Source of the DNA: Escherichia coli
GTDB taxonomy: Bacteria > Pseudomonadota > Gammaproteobacteria > Enterobacterales > Enterobacteriaceae
NCBI RefSeq assembly: GCF_011045215.1
Contig: NZ_CP049201.1
Direction: 5' to 3' (one strand)
DNA length: 64,000 nt
The position numbers and the translations under genes were made by a program. Below are positions 15,746 through 27,632 of the stretch, piece after piece; position 1 is the first letter of the stretch, and each line of letters starts with the position of its first letter. Below the pieces are notes generated by a model. The model worked only from the letters and a program-made list of their open reading frames with translations. It was not told the DNA's origin and did no database searches.

Positions 15746-18700
15746 ATGTCTGAACCACGTTTCGTACACCTGCGGGTGCACAGCGACTACTCGATGATCG
15801 ATGGCCTGGCCAAAACCGCACCGCTGGTAAAAAAGGCGGCGGCGTTGGGTATGCCAGCACTGGCGATCACCGATTTCACCAACCTTTGCGGTCTGGTGAA
15901 GTTCTACGGAGCGGGACATGGCGCAGGGATTAAGCCTATCGTCGGGGCAGATTTTAACGTCCAGTGCGACCTGTTGGGTGATGAGTTAACCCACCTGACG
16001 GTACTGGCGGCGAACAATACCGGCTATCAGAATCTGACGTTGCTGATCTCAAAAGCGTATCAGCGCGGGTACGGTGCCGCCGGGCCGATCATCGATCGCG
16101 ACTGGCTTATCGAATTAAACGAAGGGTTGATCCTTCTTTCCGGCGGGCGCATGGGCGACGTCGGACGCAGTCTTTTGCGTGGTAACAGCGCGCTGGTAGA
16201 TGAGTGTGTCGCGTTTTATGAAGAACACTTCCCGGATCGCTATTTTCTCGAGCTGATCCGCACCGGCAGGCCGGATGAAGAAAGCTATCTGCACGCGGCG
16301 GTGGAACTGGCGGAAGCGCGCGGTTTGCCCGTCGTGGCGACTAACGATGTGCGCTTTATCGACAGCAGCGACTTTGACGCACACGAAATCCGCGTCGCGA
16401 TCCACGACGGCTTTACCCTCGACGATCCTAAACGCCCGCGTAACTATTCGCCGCAGCAATATATGCGTAGCGAAGAGGAGATGTGCGAGCTGTTTGCCGA
16501 CATCCCCGAAGCTCTTGCCAACACCGTTGAGATCGCCAAACGCTGTAACGTAACTGTGCGTCTTGGTGAATACTTCCTGCCGCAGTTCCCGACCGGGGAC
16601 ATGAGCACCGAAGATTATCTGGTCAAGCGTGCAAAAGAGGGCCTGGAAGAGCGTCTGGCCTTTTTATTCCCTGATGAGGAAGAACGTCTTAAGCGCCGCC
16701 CGGAATATGACGAACGTCTGGAGACTGAACTTCAGGTTATCAACCAGATGGGCTTCCCGGGCTACTTCCTCATCGTTATGGAATTTATCCAGTGGTCGAA
16801 AGATAACGGCGTACCGGTAGGGCCGGGCCGTGGTTCTGGTGCAGGGTCACTGGTGGCCTACGCGCTGAAAATCACCGACCTCGATCCGCTGGAATTTGAC
16901 CTGCTGTTCGAACGTTTCCTTAACCCGGAACGTGTCTCCATGCCTGACTTCGACGTTGACTTCTGTATGGAGAAACGCGATCAGGTTATCGAGCACGTAG
17001 CGGACATGTACGGTCGTGATGCGGTATCGCAGATCATCACCTTCGGTACAATGGCGGCGAAAGCGGTGATCCGCGACGTAGGCCGCGTGCTGGGGCATCC
17101 ATACGGCTTTGTCGATCGTATCTCGAAACTGATCCCGCCCGATCCGGGGATGACGCTGGCTAAAGCGTTTGAAGCCGAGCCGCAGCTGCCGGAAATCTAC
17201 GAAGCGGATGAAGAAGTTAAGGCGCTGATCGACATGGCGCGCAAACTGGAAGGGGTCACCCGTAACGCCGGTAAGCACGCCGGTGGGGTGGTTATCGCGC
17301 CGACCAAAATTACCGATTTTGCGCCGCTTTATTGCGATGAAGAGGGCAAACATCCGGTCACCCAGTTTGATAAAAGCGACGTTGAATACGCCGGACTGGT
17401 GAAGTTCGACTTCCTTGGTTTGCGTACGCTCACCATCATCAACTGGGCGCTGGAGATGATCAACAAGCGGCGGGCGAAGAATGGCGAGCCGCCGCTGGAT
17501 ATCGCCGCGATCCCGCTGGATGACAAGAAAAGCTTCGACATGCTGCAACGCTCGGAAACCACGGCGGTATTCCAGCTTGAATCGCGCGGCATGAAGGACC
17601 TGATCAAGCGTCTGCAACCTGACTGCTTCGAAGATATGATCGCACTGGTGGCACTGTTCCGCCCTGGTCCGTTGCAGTCAGGGATGGTGGATAACTTTAT
17701 TGACCGTAAACATGGTCGCGAAGAGATCTCCTATCCAGACGTACAGTGGCAGCATGAAAGCCTGAAACCGGTACTGGAGCCAACCTACGGCATTATCCTG
17801 TATCAGGAACAGGTCATGCAGATTGCGCAGGTGCTTTCTGGTTATACCCTCGGTGGCGCGGATATGCTGCGTCGTGCGATGGGTAAGAAAAAGCCGGAAG
17901 AGATGGCTAAGCAACGTTCTGTATTTGCTGAAGGTGCAGAAAAGAACGGAATCAACGCCGAACTGGCGATGAAAATCTTCGACCTGGTGGAGAAATTCGC
18001 TGGTTACGGATTTAACAAATCGCACTCTGCGGCCTATGCTTTGGTGTCATATCAAACATTATGGCTGAAAGCGCACTATCCGGCAGAGTTTATGGCGGCG
18101 GTAATGACCGCCGATATGGACAACACCGAGAAGGTGGTGGGCCTGGTGGATGAGTGCTGGCGGATGGGGCTGAAAATCCTGCCACCAGATATAAACTCCG
18201 GTCTTTACCATTTCCACGTCAACGACGACGGCGAAATCGTGTATGGTATTGGCGCGATCAAAGGGGTAGGTGAAGGTCCGATTGAGGCGATCATCGAAGC
18301 CCGTAATAAAGGCGGCTACTTCCGCGAACTGTTTGATCTCTGCGCCCGAACCGACACCAAAAAGTTAAACCGGCGGGTGCTGGAAAAACTGATTATGTCC
18401 GGGGCGTTTGACCGTCTTGGGCCACACCGCGCAGCGCTGATGAACTCGCTGGGCGATGCGTTAAAAGCGGCAGATCAACACGCGAAAGCGGAAGCTATCG
18501 GTCAGGCCGATATGTTCGGCGTGCTGGCCGAAGAGCCGGAACAAATTGAACAATCCTACGCCAGCTGCCAACCGTGGCCGGAGCAGGTGGTATTAGATGG
18601 GGAACGTGAAACGTTAGGTCTGTACCTGACGGGACACCCTATCAACCAGTATTTAAAAGAGATTGAGCGTTATGTCGGAGGCGTAAGGCTGAAAGACATG

Positions 18701-19228
18701 CACCCGACAGAACGTGGTAAAGTCATCACGGCTGCGGGGCTCGTTGTTGCCGCGCGGGTTATGGTCACCAAGCGCGGCAATCGTATCGGTATCTGCACGC
18801 TGGATGACCGTTCCGGGCGGCTGGAAGTGATGTTGTTTACTGACGCCCTGGATAAATACCAGCAATTGCTGGAAAAAGACCGCATACTTATCGTCAGCGG
18901 ACAGGTCAGCTTTGATGACTTCAGCGGTGGGCTTAAAATGACCGCTCGCGAAGTGATGGATATTGACGAAGCCCGGGAAAAATATGCTCGCGGGCTTGCT
19001 ATCTCGCTGACGGACAGGCAAATTGATGACCAGCTTTTAAACCGACTCCGTCAGTCTCTGGAACCCCACCGCTCTGGGACAATTCCAGTACATCTCTACT
19101 ATCAGAGGGCGGATGCACGCGCGCGGTTGCGTTTTGGCGCGACGTGGCGTGTCTCTCCGAGCGATCGTTTATTAAACGATCTCCGTGGCCTCATTGGTTC
19201 GGAGCAGGTGGAACTGGAGTTTGACTAA
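15746..19228 (+). CDS. dnaE: DNA polymerase III alpha subunit
   Basis: 1160-aa [27 protein letters not shown]... with PHP domain N-terminus. Confidence 0.97.
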   Translation: MSEPRFVHLRVHSDYSMIDGLAKTAPLVKKAAALGMPALAITDFTNLCGLVKFYGAGHGAGIKPIVGADFNVQCDLLGDELTHLTVLAANNTGYQNLTLLISKAYQRGYGAAGPIIDRDWLIELNEGLILLSGGRMGDVGRSLLRGNSALVDECVAFYEEHFPDRYFLELIRTGRPDEESYLHAAVELAEARGLPVVATNDVRFIDSSDFDAHEIRVAIHDGFTLDDPKRPRNYSPQQYMRSEEEMCELFADIPEALANTVEIAKRCNVTVRLGEYFLPQFPTGDMSTEDYLVKRAKEGLEERLAFLFPDEEERLKRRPEYDERLETELQVINQMGFPGYFLIVMEFIQWSKDNGVPVGPGRGSGAGSLVAYALKITDLDPLEFDLLFERFLNPERVSMPDFDVDFCMEKRDQVIEHVADMYGRDAVSQIITFGTMAAKAVIRDVGRVLGHPYGFVDRISKLIPPDPGMTLAKAFEAEPQLPEIYEADEEVKALIDMARKLEGVTRNAGKHAGGVVIAPTKITDFAPLYCDEEGKHPVTQFDKSDVEYAGLVKFDFLGLRTLTIINWALEMINKRRAKNGEPPLDIAAIPLDDKKSFDMLQRSETTAVFQLESRGMKDLIKRLQPDCFEDMIALVALFRPGPLQSGMVDNFIDRKHGREEISYPDVQWQHESLKPVLEPTYGIILYQEQVMQIAQVLSGYTLGGADMLRRAMGKKKPEEMAKQRSVFAEGAEKNGINAELAMKIFDLVEKFAGYGFNKSHSAAYALVSYQTLWLKAHYPAEFMAAVMTADMDNTEKVVGLVDECWRMGLKILPPDINSGLYHFHVNDDGEIVYGIGAIKGVGEGPIEAIIEARNKGGYFRELFDLCARTDTKKLNRRVLEKLIMSGAFDRLGPHRAALMNSLGDALKAADQHAKAEAIGQADMFGVLAEEPEQIEQSYASCQPWPEQVVLDGERETLGLYLTGHPINQYLKEIERYVGGVRLKDMHPTERGKVITAAGLVVAARVMVTKRGNRIGICTLDDRSGRLEVMLFTDALDKYQQLLEKDRILIVSGQVSFDDFSGGLKMTAREVMDIDEAREKYARGLAISLTDRQIDDQLLNRLRQSLEPHRSGTIPVHLYYQRADARARLRFGATWRVSPSDRLLNDLRGLIGSEQVELEFD

Positions 19229-19240
19229 TACAGGAATACT

Positions 19241-20200
19241 ATGAGTCTGAATTTCCTTGATTTTGAACAGCCGATTGCAGAGCTGGAAGCGAAAATCGAT
19301 TCTCTGACTGCGGTTAGCCGTCAGGATGAGAAACTGGATATTAACATCGATGAAGAAGTGCATCGTCTGCGTGAAAAAAGCGTAGAACTGACGCGTAAAA
19401 TCTTCGCCGATCTCGGTGCATGGCAGATTGCGCAACTGGCACGCCATCCACAGCGTCCTTATACCCTGGATTACGTTCGCCTGGCATTTGATGAATTTGA
19501 CGAACTGGCTGGCGACCGCGCGTATGCAGACGATAAAGCTATCGTCGGTGGTATCGCCCGTCTCGATGGTCGTCCGGTGATGATCATTGGTCATCAAAAA
19601 GGTCGTGAAACCAAAGAAAAAATTCGCCGTAACTTTGGTATGCCAGCGCCAGAAGGTTACCGCAAAGCACTGCGTCTGATGCAAATGGCTGAACGCTTTA
19701 AGATGCCTATCATCACCTTTATCGACACCCCGGGGGCTTATCCGGGCGTGGGCGCAGAAGAACGTGGTCAGTCTGAAGCCATTGCACGCAACCTGCGTGA
19801 AATGTCTCGCCTCGGCGTACCGGTAGTTTGTACGGTTATCGGTGAAGGTGGTTCTGGCGGTGCGCTGGCGATTGGCGTGGGCGATAAAGTGAATATGCTG
19901 CAATACAGCACCTATTCCGTTATCTCGCCGGAAGGTTGTGCGTCCATTCTGTGGAAGAGCGCCGACAAAGCGCCGCTGGCGGCTGAAGCGATGGGTATCA
20001 TCGCTCCGCGTCTGAAAGAGCTGAAACTGATCGACTCCATCATCCCGGAACCGCTGGGCGGCGCTCACCGTAACCCGGAAGCGATGGCGGCATCGTTGAA
20101 AGCGCAACTGCTGGCGGATCTGGCCGATCTCGACGTGTTAAGCACTGAAGATTTAAAAAATCGTCGTTATCAGCGCCTGATGAGCTACGGTTACGCGTAA
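19241..20200 (+). CDS. accA: Acetyl-CoA carboxylase carboxyltransferase alpha subunit
   Basis: 319-aa [28 protein letters not shown]... Confidence 0.96.
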   Translation: MSLNFLDFEQPIAELEAKIDSLTAVSRQDEKLDINIDEEVHRLREKSVELTRKIFADLGAWQIAQLARHPQRPYTLDYVRLAFDEFDELAGDRAYADDKAIVGGIARLDGRPVMIIGHQKGRETKEKIRRNFGMPAPEGYRKALRLMQMAERFKMPIITFIDTPGAYPGVGAEERGQSEAIARNLREMSRLGVPVVCTVIGEGGSGGALAIGVGDKVNMLQYSTYSVISPEGCASILWKSADKAPLAAEAMGIIAPRLKELKLIDSIIPEPLGGAHRNPEAMAASLKAQLLADLADLDVLSTEDLKNRRYQRLMSYGYA

Positions 20201-20220
20201 TTCGCAAAAGTTCTGAAAAA

Positions 20221-20244
20221 GGGTCACTTCGGTGGCCCTTTTTT
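20221..20244 (+). terminator. Rho-independent terminator after accA
   Basis: GGGTCAC TTCG GTGGCCC followed by TTTTTT. Confidence 0.6.
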
Positions 20245-20298
20245 ATCGCCACGGTTTGAGCAGGCTATGATTAAGGAAGGATTTTCCAGGAGGAACAC

Positions 20299-22440
20299 AT
20301 GAACATCATTGCCATTATGGGACCGCATGGCGTCTTTTATAAAGATGAGCCCATCAAAGAACTGGAGTCGGCGCTGGTGGCGCAAGGCTTTCAGATTATC
20401 TGGCCACAAAACAGCGTTGATTTGCTGAAATTTATCGAACATAACCCACGAATTTGCGGCGTGATTTTTGACTGGGATGAGTACAGTCTCGATTTATGTA
20501 GCGATATAAATCAACTTAATGAATATCTCCCGCTTTATGCCTTCATCAACACCCACTCGACGATGGATGTCAGCGTGCAGGATATGCGGATGGCGCTCTG
20601 GTTTTTTGAATATGCGCTGGGGCAGGCGGAAGATATTGCCATTCGTATTCGTCAGTATACCGACGAATATCTTGATAACATTACCCCACCGTTCACGAAA
20701 GCCTTGTTTACCTACGTCAAAGAGCGGAAGTACACCTTTTGTACGCCGGGTCATATGGGCGGCACCGCATATCAAAAAAGCCCGGTTGGCTGTCTGTTTT
20801 ATGACTTTTTCGGCGGGAATACCCTTAAGGCTGATGTCTCTATTTCGGTCACCGAGCTTGGTTCGTTGCTCGACCACACCGGGCCACACCTGGAAGCGGA
20901 AGAATACATCGCGCGGACTTTTGGCGCGGAACAGAGTTATATCGTTACCAACGGAACATCGACGTCGAACAAAATTGTGGGTATGTACGCCGCGCCATCC
21001 GGCAGTACGCTGTTGATTGACCGCAATTGTCATAAATCGCTGGCGCATCTGTTGATGATGAACGATGTAGTGCCAGTCTGGCTGAAACCGACGCGTAATG
21101 CGTTGGGGATTCTGGGTGGGATCCCGCGCCGTGAATTTACTCGTGACAGCATCGAAGAGAAAGTCGCTGCCACCACGCAGGCACAATGGCCGGTTCATGC
21201 GGTGATCACCAACTCCACCTATGATGGCTTGCTCTACAACACCGACTGGATCAAACAGACGCTGGATGTCCCCTCGATCCACTTCGATTCCGCCTGGGTG
21301 CCGTACACCCATTTTCATCCGATCTACCAGGGTAAAAGTGGTATGAGCGGTGAGCGTGTTGCGGGAAAAGTGATCTTCGAAACGCAATCGACCCACAAAA
21401 TGCTGGCGGCGTTATCGCAGGCTTCGCTGATCCACATTAAAGGCGAGTATGACGAAGAGGCGTTTAACGAAGCCTTTATGATGCATACCACCACCTCGCC
21501 CAGTTATCCCATTGTTGCTTCGGTTGAGACGGCGGCGGCGATGCTGCGTGGTAATCCGGGCAAACGGCTGATTAACCGTTCAGTGGAGCGGGCGCTGCAT
21601 TTTCGCAAAGAGGTCCAGCGGCTGCGGGAAGAGTCTGACGGTTGGTTTTTCGATATCTGGCAACCGCCGCAGGTGGATGAAGCCGAATGCTGGCCCGTTG
21701 CGCCTGGCGAACAGTGGCACGGCTTTAACGATGCGGATGCCGATCATATGTTTCTCGATCCGGTTAAAGTCACTATTTTGACTCCGGGGATGGACGAACA
21801 GGGCAATATGAGTGAGGAGGGGATCCCGGCGGCGCTGGTGGCAAAATTCCTCGACGAACGTGGGATCGTAGTAGAGAAAACCGGCCCTTATAACCTGCTG
21901 TTTCTCTTTAGTATTGGCATCGATAAAACCAAAGCAATGGGATTATTGCGTGGGTTGACGGAATTTAAGCGCTCTTACGATCTCAACCTGCGGATCAAAA
22001 ATATGCTGCCCGATCTCTATGCTGAAGATCCCGATTTCTACCGCAATATGCGTATTCAGGATCTGGCGCAAGGGATCCATAAGCTGATTCGTAAACACGA
22101 TCTTCCCGGTTTGATGTTGCGGGCATTCGATACTTTGCCGGAGATGATCATGACGCCACATCAGGCATGGCAGAGACAGATTAAAGGTGAAGTAGAAACC
22201 ATTGCGCTGGAACAACTGGTCGGTAGAGTATCGGCAAATATGATCCTGCCTTATCCACCGGGCGTACCGCTGTTGATGCCTGGAGAAATGCTGACCAAAG
22301 AGAGCCGCACAGTACTCGATTTTCTACTGATGCTTTGTTCCGTAGGGCAACATTACCCCGGTTTTGAAACGGATATTCACGGTGCGAAACAGGACGAAGA
22401 CGGCGTTTACCGCGTACGAGTCCTAAAAATGGCGGGATAA
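20299..22440 (+). CDS. ldcC: Lysine decarboxylase, constitutive (PLP-dependent)
   Basis: 713-aa ORF MNIIAIMGPHGVFYKDEPIKELESAL...; position after accA. Confidence 0.93.
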   Translation: MNIIAIMGPHGVFYKDEPIKELESALVAQGFQIIWPQNSVDLLKFIEHNPRICGVIFDWDEYSLDLCSDINQLNEYLPLYAFINTHSTMDVSVQDMRMALWFFEYALGQAEDIAIRIRQYTDEYLDNITPPFTKALFTYVKERKYTFCTPGHMGGTAYQKSPVGCLFYDFFGGNTLKADVSISVTELGSLLDHTGPHLEAEEYIARTFGAEQSYIVTNGTSTSNKIVGMYAAPSGSTLLIDRNCHKSLAHLLMMNDVVPVWLKPTRNALGILGGIPRREFTRDSIEEKVAATTQAQWPVHAVITNSTYDGLLYNTDWIKQTLDVPSIHFDSAWVPYTHFHPIYQGKSGMSGERVAGKVIFETQSTHKMLAALSQASLIHIKGEYDEEAFNEAFMMHTTTSPSYPIVASVETAAAMLRGNPGKRLINRSVERALHFRKEVQRLREESDGWFFDIWQPPQVDEAECWPVAPGEQWHGFNDADADHMFLDPVKVTILTPGMDEQGNMSEEGIPAALVAKFLDERGIVVEKTGPYNLLFLFSIGIDKTKAMGLLRGLTEFKRSYDLNLRIKNMLPDLYAEDPDFYRNMRIQDLAQGIHKLIRKHDLPGLMLRAFDTLPEMIMTPHQAWQRQIKGEVETIALEQLVGRVSANMILPYPPGVPLLMPGEMLTKESRTVLDFLLMLCSVGQHYPGFETDIHGAKQDEDGVYRVRVLKMAG

Positions 22441-22496
22441 CTTGCCAGAGCGGCTTCCGGGCGAGTAACGTGCTGTTAACAAATAAAGGAGACGTT

Positions 22497-22886
22497 ATGC
22501 TGGGTTTAAAACAGGTTCACCATATTGCGATTATTGCGACGGATTATGCGGTGAGCAAAGCTTTCTACTGCGATATTCTTGGTTTCACGCTGCAAAGCGA
22601 AGTCTATCGCGAAGCGCGCGACTCGTGGAAAGGGGATTTGGCGCTTAATGGGCAATATGTGATTGAGCTTTTCTCATTTCCGTTCCCGCCGGAGCGCCCC
22701 AGCCGACCGGAAGCTTGCGGCCTGCGTCATCTGGCTTTTAGCGTTGATGACATCGATGCGGCAGTGGCGCACCTTGAAAGCCATAACGTGAAGTGTGAAG
22801 CCATCCGTGTCGATCCATACACGCAAAAACGCTTCACCTTCTTTAACGATCCGGACGGGCTGCCGTTGGAACTGTATGAGCAGTAA
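22497..22886 (+). CDS. yaeR: Glyoxalase/VOC-family protein YaeR
   Basis: Start at MLGLKQVHHIAII preceded by AGGAG; track ORF 22470-22886 is over-extended. Confidence 0.88.
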   Translation: MLGLKQVHHIAIIATDYAVSKAFYCDILGFTLQSEVYREARDSWKGDLALNGQYVIELFSFPFPPERPSRPEACGLRHLAFSVDDIDAAVAHLESHNVKCEAIRVDPYTQKRFTFFNDPDGLPLELYEQ

Positions 22887-22950
22887 GGCTTGTCATCGCC
22901 GCATTTGCCCGGTAACGTGCCGGGCATTGCTACTGTAAAATCGCACCATC

Positions 22951-24246
22951 ATGACACTCACGCTCAATAGACAACTTCTCACCTCACGCCAGATTCTGGT
23001 GGCCTTTAGCGGCGGGCTTGACTCCACCGTTCTGCTGCATCAGTTGGTGCAGTGGCGGACGGAAAATCCGGGTGTCGCTCTGCGCGCTATTCATGTGCAT
23101 CACGGTTTAAGTGCCAATGCCGATGCCTGGGTTACGCATTGCGAAAACGTCTGCCAACAGTGGCAGGTGCCGCTGGTGGTCGAACGCGTACAACTTGCGC
23201 AAGAGGGGCTGGGGATTGAGGCCCAGGCGCGGCAGGCGCGTTATCAGGCATTTGCCCGCACCTTGTTGCCCGGTGAAGTGCTGGTCACCGCGCAACATCT
23301 CGACGATCAATGTGAAACTTTTCTGCTGGCGCTAAAACGCGGTAGCGGCCCTGCCGGGCTTTCGGCTATGGCGGAAGTTTCGGAGTTTGCCGGAACACGG
23401 CTTATCCGCCCGTTGCTTGCCCGCACGCGGGGGGAACTGGCGCAGTGGGCATTGGCGCATGGTTTACGCTGGATTGAAGACGAAAGTAATCAGGACGACT
23501 CATACGATCGTAACTTTCTGCGCCTGCGCGTAGTGCCGTTATTGCAGCAGCGTTGGCCGCATTTTGCCGAAACAACGGCCCGCAGCGCCGCACTTTGTGC
23601 TGAACAAGAGAGCCTGCTGGATGAACTGCTGGCAGATGATTTAGCACACTGTCAATCGCCGCAGGGGACGCTGCAGATTGTGCCAATGCTGGCGATGAGT
23701 GATGCCCGCCGCGCGGCGATTATCCGCCGCTGGCTGGCAGGGCAGAATGCACCGATGCCTTCCCGCGACGCGTTGGTGAGGATCTGGCAGGAAGTGGCGC
23801 TGGCGCGGGAAGATGCCTCCCCCTGTTTACGTTTGGGCGCGTTTGAAATCCGACGCTATCAGTCGCAACTGTGGTGGATTAAATCCGTCACCGGGCAAAG
23901 CGAAAACATTGTGCCGTGGCAGACGTGGCTTCAACCGCTGGAATTACCGGCGGGGCTGGGAAGTGTACAGCTTAATGCGGGAGGTGCTATTCGCCCTCCG
24001 CGTGCAGACGAAGCGGTCAGCGTGCGTTTCAAAGCGTCAGGATTGCTGCATATTGTCGGTCGCAACGGCGGACGTAAGCTGAAGAAAATCTGGCAGGAGT
24101 TGGGCGTGCCGCCGTGGCTACGTGACACCACGCCACTGCTGTTTTATGGCGAAACGCTGATTGCGGCGGCAGGGGTATTTGTGACGCAAGAAGGTGTGGC
24201 TGAAGGTGAGAATGGCATAAGTTTTGTCTGGCAGCGAAACGCTTAG
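22951..24246 (+). CDS. tilS: tRNA(Ile)-lysidine synthetase
   Basis: 431-aa ORF with PP-loop motif SGGLDS near the N-terminus. Confidence 0.94.
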   Translation: MTLTLNRQLLTSRQILVAFSGGLDSTVLLHQLVQWRTENPGVALRAIHVHHGLSANADAWVTHCENVCQQWQVPLVVERVQLAQEGLGIEAQARQARYQAFARTLLPGEVLVTAQHLDDQCETFLLALKRGSGPAGLSAMAEVSEFAGTRLIRPLLARTRGELAQWALAHGLRWIEDESNQDDSYDRNFLRLRVVPLLQQRWPHFAETTARSAALCAEQESLLDELLADDLAHCQSPQGTLQIVPMLAMSDARRAAIIRRWLAGQNAPMPSRDALVRIWQEVALAREDASPCLRLGAFEIRRYQSQLWWIKSVTGQSENIVPWQTWLQPLELPAGLGSVQLNAGGAIRPPRADEAVSVRFKASGLLHIVGRNGGRKLKKIWQELGVPPWLRDTTPLLFYGETLIAAAGVFVTQEGVAEGENGISFVWQRNA

Positions 24247-24255
24247 TTAAGTGAA

Positions 24256-24290
24256 GGCCGGATATGACGCATTAAGCGTCGCATCCGGCG
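24256..24290. repeat. REP-like palindromic element
   Basis: GCCGGATATGACGCATTAAGCGTCGCATCCGGC imperfect palindrome between tilS and rof. Confidence 0.6.
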
Positions 24291-24298
24291 AAAGTCAA

Positions 24299-24553
24299 TC
24301 AGGACTCGCTCACCACCACCGTACCGATTTCCGGGTGGCTAAAGCTGGTAATTTTATCCAGACGTAGCTCACGGGTTTCGCCAGCGGCCTCGACGACCAG
24401 ATACTCCACATTTTTGCGGGAGACTAAATCGCTGGCTTTTGCCTGCAATTTTTCGCCATCTTTCAGCTCAAGTGTCAGCATTAAATGATGCTGGCAGGCG
24501 AGCTCAAGATTATCGTAATCATCACAATTGATTGGTTGATACGTATCATTCAT
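24299..24553 (-). CDS. rof: Rho-binding antiterminator Rof
   Basis: Track ORF 24299-24559; protein ...[23 protein letters not shown]...; start codon choice uncertain by 2 codons. Confidence 0.88.
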
Positions 24554-24746
24554 TGACATAATCGCTCACCAGTAAGTTTGCCGCAGCGTATGCTGCTTTT
24601 TCCCTGACAGCCTCAGAAAGGGCGTCGTCGGCAGCCATTTCATTCAGCACTTTCAAAACGCAGCCCAGCGCGTCCGGAACGTATCCTAAGTCTCCGCTGG
24701 CGATTTCCGCGTACCGCTTGCGTATTAACTCACAATATTTTTCCAC
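24546..24746 (-). CDS. yaeP: UPF0253 protein YaeP
   Basis: Start taken at GTG giving (M)[21 protein letters not shown] (66 aa) inside track ORF 24546-24764. Confidence 0.85.
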
Positions 24747-24911
24747 ATGCCCTCCTGTCAGCACTCTGACTTAACCGTGGATGCAAGTCTAAGCCTACGA
24801 AGATAAACTCTGTTTCGCAAGGTGACTATACCACACTCATTTCTGCAATATCAGCGCCGCAACTGCACGTATTCCGTTACAATGGCCTCCTGATTCGAAA
24901 GGAGTTTTCTT

Positions 24912-25457
24912 ATGGCGCTTAAAGCGACAATTTATAAAGCGACGGTTAATGTGGCCGATCTCGACCGCAACCAGTTTCTCGATGCCTCTCTGACGCTGGC
25001 GCGCCACCCTTCAGAAACCCAGGAGCGTATGATGCTGCGCTTGCTGGCGTGGCTGAAATATGCTGATGAACGTCTGCAATTTACCCGTGGTTTGTGTGCC
25101 GATGATGAGCCGGAAGCGTGGCTGCGTAACGATCACCTGGGCATTGATTTGTGGATTGAGCTGGGGCTGCCGGATGAGCGGCGGATTAAGAAAGCCTGCA
25201 CCCAGGCCGCAGAAGTGGCGCTGTTTACCTATAATAGTCGGGCGGCGCAAATCTGGTGGCAGCAAAATCAGAGCAAATGTGTGCAGTTTGCCAATCTTTC
25301 CGTCTGGTATCTGGACGATGAACAACTGGCGAAAGTAAGCGCCTTTGCCGATCGTACCATGACGCTGCAGGCAACGATTCAGGATGGAGTGATCTGGTTA
25401 TCGGATGATAAGAATAATCTGGAAGTGAACTTAACCGCCTGGCAACAACCTTCATGA
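24912..25457 (+). CDS. yaeQ: YaeQ family protein
   Basis: 181-aa [25 protein letters not shown]... Confidence 0.92.
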   Translation: MALKATIYKATVNVADLDRNQFLDASLTLARHPSETQERMMLRLLAWLKYADERLQFTRGLCADDEPEAWLRNDHLGIDLWIELGLPDERRIKKACTQAAEVALFTYNSRAAQIWWQQNQSKCVQFANLSVWYLDDEQLAKVSAFADRTMTLQATIQDGVIWLSDDKNNLEVNLTAWQQPS

Positions 25458-25876
25458 TTGTGATTTCCCGACATGTTGCTATTCCCGATGGTGAGCTTGA
25501 GATCACCGCCATTCGTGCGCAGGGCGCGGGCGGGCAGCATGTTAATAAGACCTCAACGGCTATTCATCTGCGTTTTGACATTCGGGCGTCCAGCCTGCCA
25601 GAGTATTACAAAGAGCGTCTGCTCGCCGCCAGCCATCATTTGATCAGCAGTGATGGCGTGATTGTCATTAAGGCACAGGAATACCGCAGTCAGGAACTGA
25701 ACCGCGAAGCAGCTCTGGCCCGGCTGGTGGCTGTGATTAAAGAATTAACAACAGAACAAAAAGCCCGACGACCCACGCGGCCCACCCGTGCATCGAAAGA
25801 GCGCAGGCTGGCATCGAAAGCACAAAAATCAAGCGTGAAGGCGATGCGCGGCAAAGTGCGCAGCGGTCGGGAATAA
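25454..25876 (+). CDS. arfB: Peptidyl-tRNA hydrolase ArfB (ribosome rescue factor)
   Basis: 140-aa ORF with GGQ motif ([10 protein letters not shown]) and basic C-terminal tail; 4-nt overlap with yaeQ. Confidence 0.93.
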   Translation: MIVISRHVAIPDGELEITAIRAQGAGGQHVNKTSTAIHLRFDIRASSLPEYYKERLLAASHHLISSDGVIVIKAQEYRSQELNREAALARLVAVIKELTTEQKARRPTRPTRASKERRLASKAQKSSVKAMRGKVRSGRE

Positions 25877-25889
25877 AAAGAAGGAATGG

Positions 25890-26600
25890 ATGGTGAAAAA
25901 AGCGATAGTGACAGCGATGGCTGTAATCAGCCTCTTTACTCTGATGGGTTGTAATAATCGGGCCGAAGTCGATACGCTTTCTCCGGCGCAGGCTGCCGAA
26001 TTGAAACCGATGCCGCAAAGTTGGCGCGGCGTGCTGCCGTGTGCCGATTGCGAAGGAATCGAAACCTCTCTGTTCCTCGAAAAAGACGGAACATGGGTGA
26101 TGAATGAGCGTTATCTCGGTGCTCGTGAAGAACCTTCCTCCTTCGCTTCCTACGGTACATGGGCGCGAACCGCTGACAAGCTGGTATTAACCGACAGCAA
26201 AGGTGAAAAGTCATATTATCGGGCGAAAGGCGATGCGCTGGAGATGCTCGATCGTGAAGGCAATCCGATTGAATCGCAGTTCAACTATACGCTGGAACCG
26301 GCACAATCCAGTTTACCCATGACGCCGATGACCCTGCGGGGCATGTATTTTTATATGGCTGATGCGGCGACCTTCACTGATTGCGCGACCGGAAAACGTT
26401 TCATGGTAGCGAATAACGCAGAGCTGGAGCGTGGCTACCTGGCTGCGCGCGGTCACAGTGAAAAACCGGTGTTACTGTCAGTAGAAGGTCACTTTACGCT
26501 TGAGGCTAATCCGGATACCGGTGCGCCAACCAAAGTATTAGCGCCCGATACGGCAGGTAAATTTTACCCAAACAAGGATTGCAGTAGTTTGGGGCAGTAA
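25890..26600 (+). CDS. nlpE: Outer-membrane lipoprotein NlpE (Cpx pathway sensor)
   Basis: 236-aa ORF with lipobox LMGC and CXXC motif. Confidence 0.92.
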   Translation: MVKKAIVTAMAVISLFTLMGCNNRAEVDTLSPAQAAELKPMPQSWRGVLPCADCEGIETSLFLEKDGTWVMNERYLGAREEPSSFASYGTWARTADKLVLTDSKGEKSYYRAKGDALEMLDREGNPIESQFNYTLEPAQSSLPMTPMTLRGMYFYMADAATFTDCATGKRFMVANNAELERGYLAARGHSEKPVLLSVEGHFTLEANPDTGAPTKVLAPDTAGKFYPNKDCSSLGQ

Positions 26601-26624
26601 ACCTGCTTAAGGCAGAAACAAACG

Positions 26625-26745
26625 CAAAATTGCCTGATGCGCTGCGCTTATCAGGCCTACAGCATATAATGCAACATTTTGAATTAGCACGATTTTGTAG
26701 GCCGGATAAGGCGTTCACGCCGCATCCGGCATTTTGTGCACGAGG
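26625..26745. repeat. Cluster of REP palindromic units
   Basis: GCCTGATGCGCTGCGCTTATCAGGCCTAC and GTAGGCCGGATAAGGCGTTCACGCCGCATCCGGCA between nlpE and yaeF. Confidence 0.7.
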
Positions 26746-26755
26746 CTGGCTTTTA

Positions 26756-27580
26756 TCACCGAGTCAGCCCAACGAAGCGACTCGCTTTAATATAAATCCC
26801 AGGCTTCAGGTGTCCAATATACTGTAACTGCGTTTCTGGCTTAAACGCAGAGACATCACCAATACGCATATGCATCAGATCGGCAGGGCTAATCCAGCCC
26901 GATTGCGCCAGCGTAAGCGGATGCCCGGCTTTGGCAAATGCATCAGTGACAAATTCCGAACAAAACCACGACTTTTTGTCTCCTTCGCCCACACTGCTTA
27001 ACTGCGCTTTCGCCAGGCCGCTGACGCACTGTTGGCGAAAATCCTCGGAGAACGGATTCAGTGAGCACATCTGGCGAGTCACCATAAAGGGAATAAATTC
27101 GACAATGCCGCGATAGTTATAACCGCTATCTTTGATTTTATTGGCGAACGCGGTGATTTCTGTGGCTTGTTGCGGGGTAAGATCCGGGACTCGTAAGACG
27201 AAAAGTTTATCACTATGCTTCATCGCTTTTTTAAGGGAAACAATCTGGACGCCAGCGCCTGTCGCTTCTGCAACGTTATTTTCACCCAGATAGATTGCAA
27301 CGTGACTCACAGAGGAAGTGCTGAAAACGCGGATCCCAAATGAGGTTACCCCCAGGCTTGAGGAGAACAGCAAATCGCCGGGTTTGAGATCAGGTACCGT
27401 TATTTCTTTTATTGATTGTTCGGTGAAAGAGCTTTGATGCTGGAATTTGACAGCCCATGTTTTTGCCTCGACATCTACCGCTGTGGCAGAGGAGTCTGGC
27501 TGGCTGATATCAACGGTACAGGCCGAAAGTAAAAGAAAGCTGGGGAGAAGCAGGCGGTAGTACGCCTTTGGTTTATCCAT
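26756..27580 (-). CDS. yaeF: Lipoprotein YaeF (NlpC/P60-like)
   Basis: Start at MDKPKAYYRLLLPSFLLLSAC (lipobox) inside track ORF 26756-27589. Confidence 0.88.
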   Translation of the reverse strand: MDKPKAYYRLLLPSFLLLSACTVDISQPDSSATAVDVEAKTWAVKFQHQSSFTEQSIKEITVPDLKPGDLLFSSSLGVTSFGIRVFSTSSVSHVAIYLGENNVAEATGAGVQIVSLKKAMKHSDKLFVLRVPDLTPQQATEITAFANKIKDSGYNYRGIVEFIPFMVTRQMCSLNPFSEDFRQQCVSGLAKAQLSSVGEGDKKSWFCSEFVTDAFAKAGHPLTLAQSGWISPADLMHMRIGDVSAFKPETQLQYIGHLKPGIYIKASRFVGLTR

Positions 27581-27632
27581 TTTATACAATCCATGTAAAA
27601 AAGGGCCCTGAAATTCAGGACCCTTTCTGGCA

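Noticed and set aside
16847-17617. 256-aa minus-strand ORF and other antisense ORFs within dnaE
   Set aside because: Embedded in the 1160-aa dnaE gene; shadow ORFs.
20494-21396. 300-aa minus-strand ORF antisense to ldcC
   Set aside because: Completely embedded antisense in a well-supported 713-aa gene; no RBS or recognizable domain; typical antisense artefact in GC-rich coding DNA.
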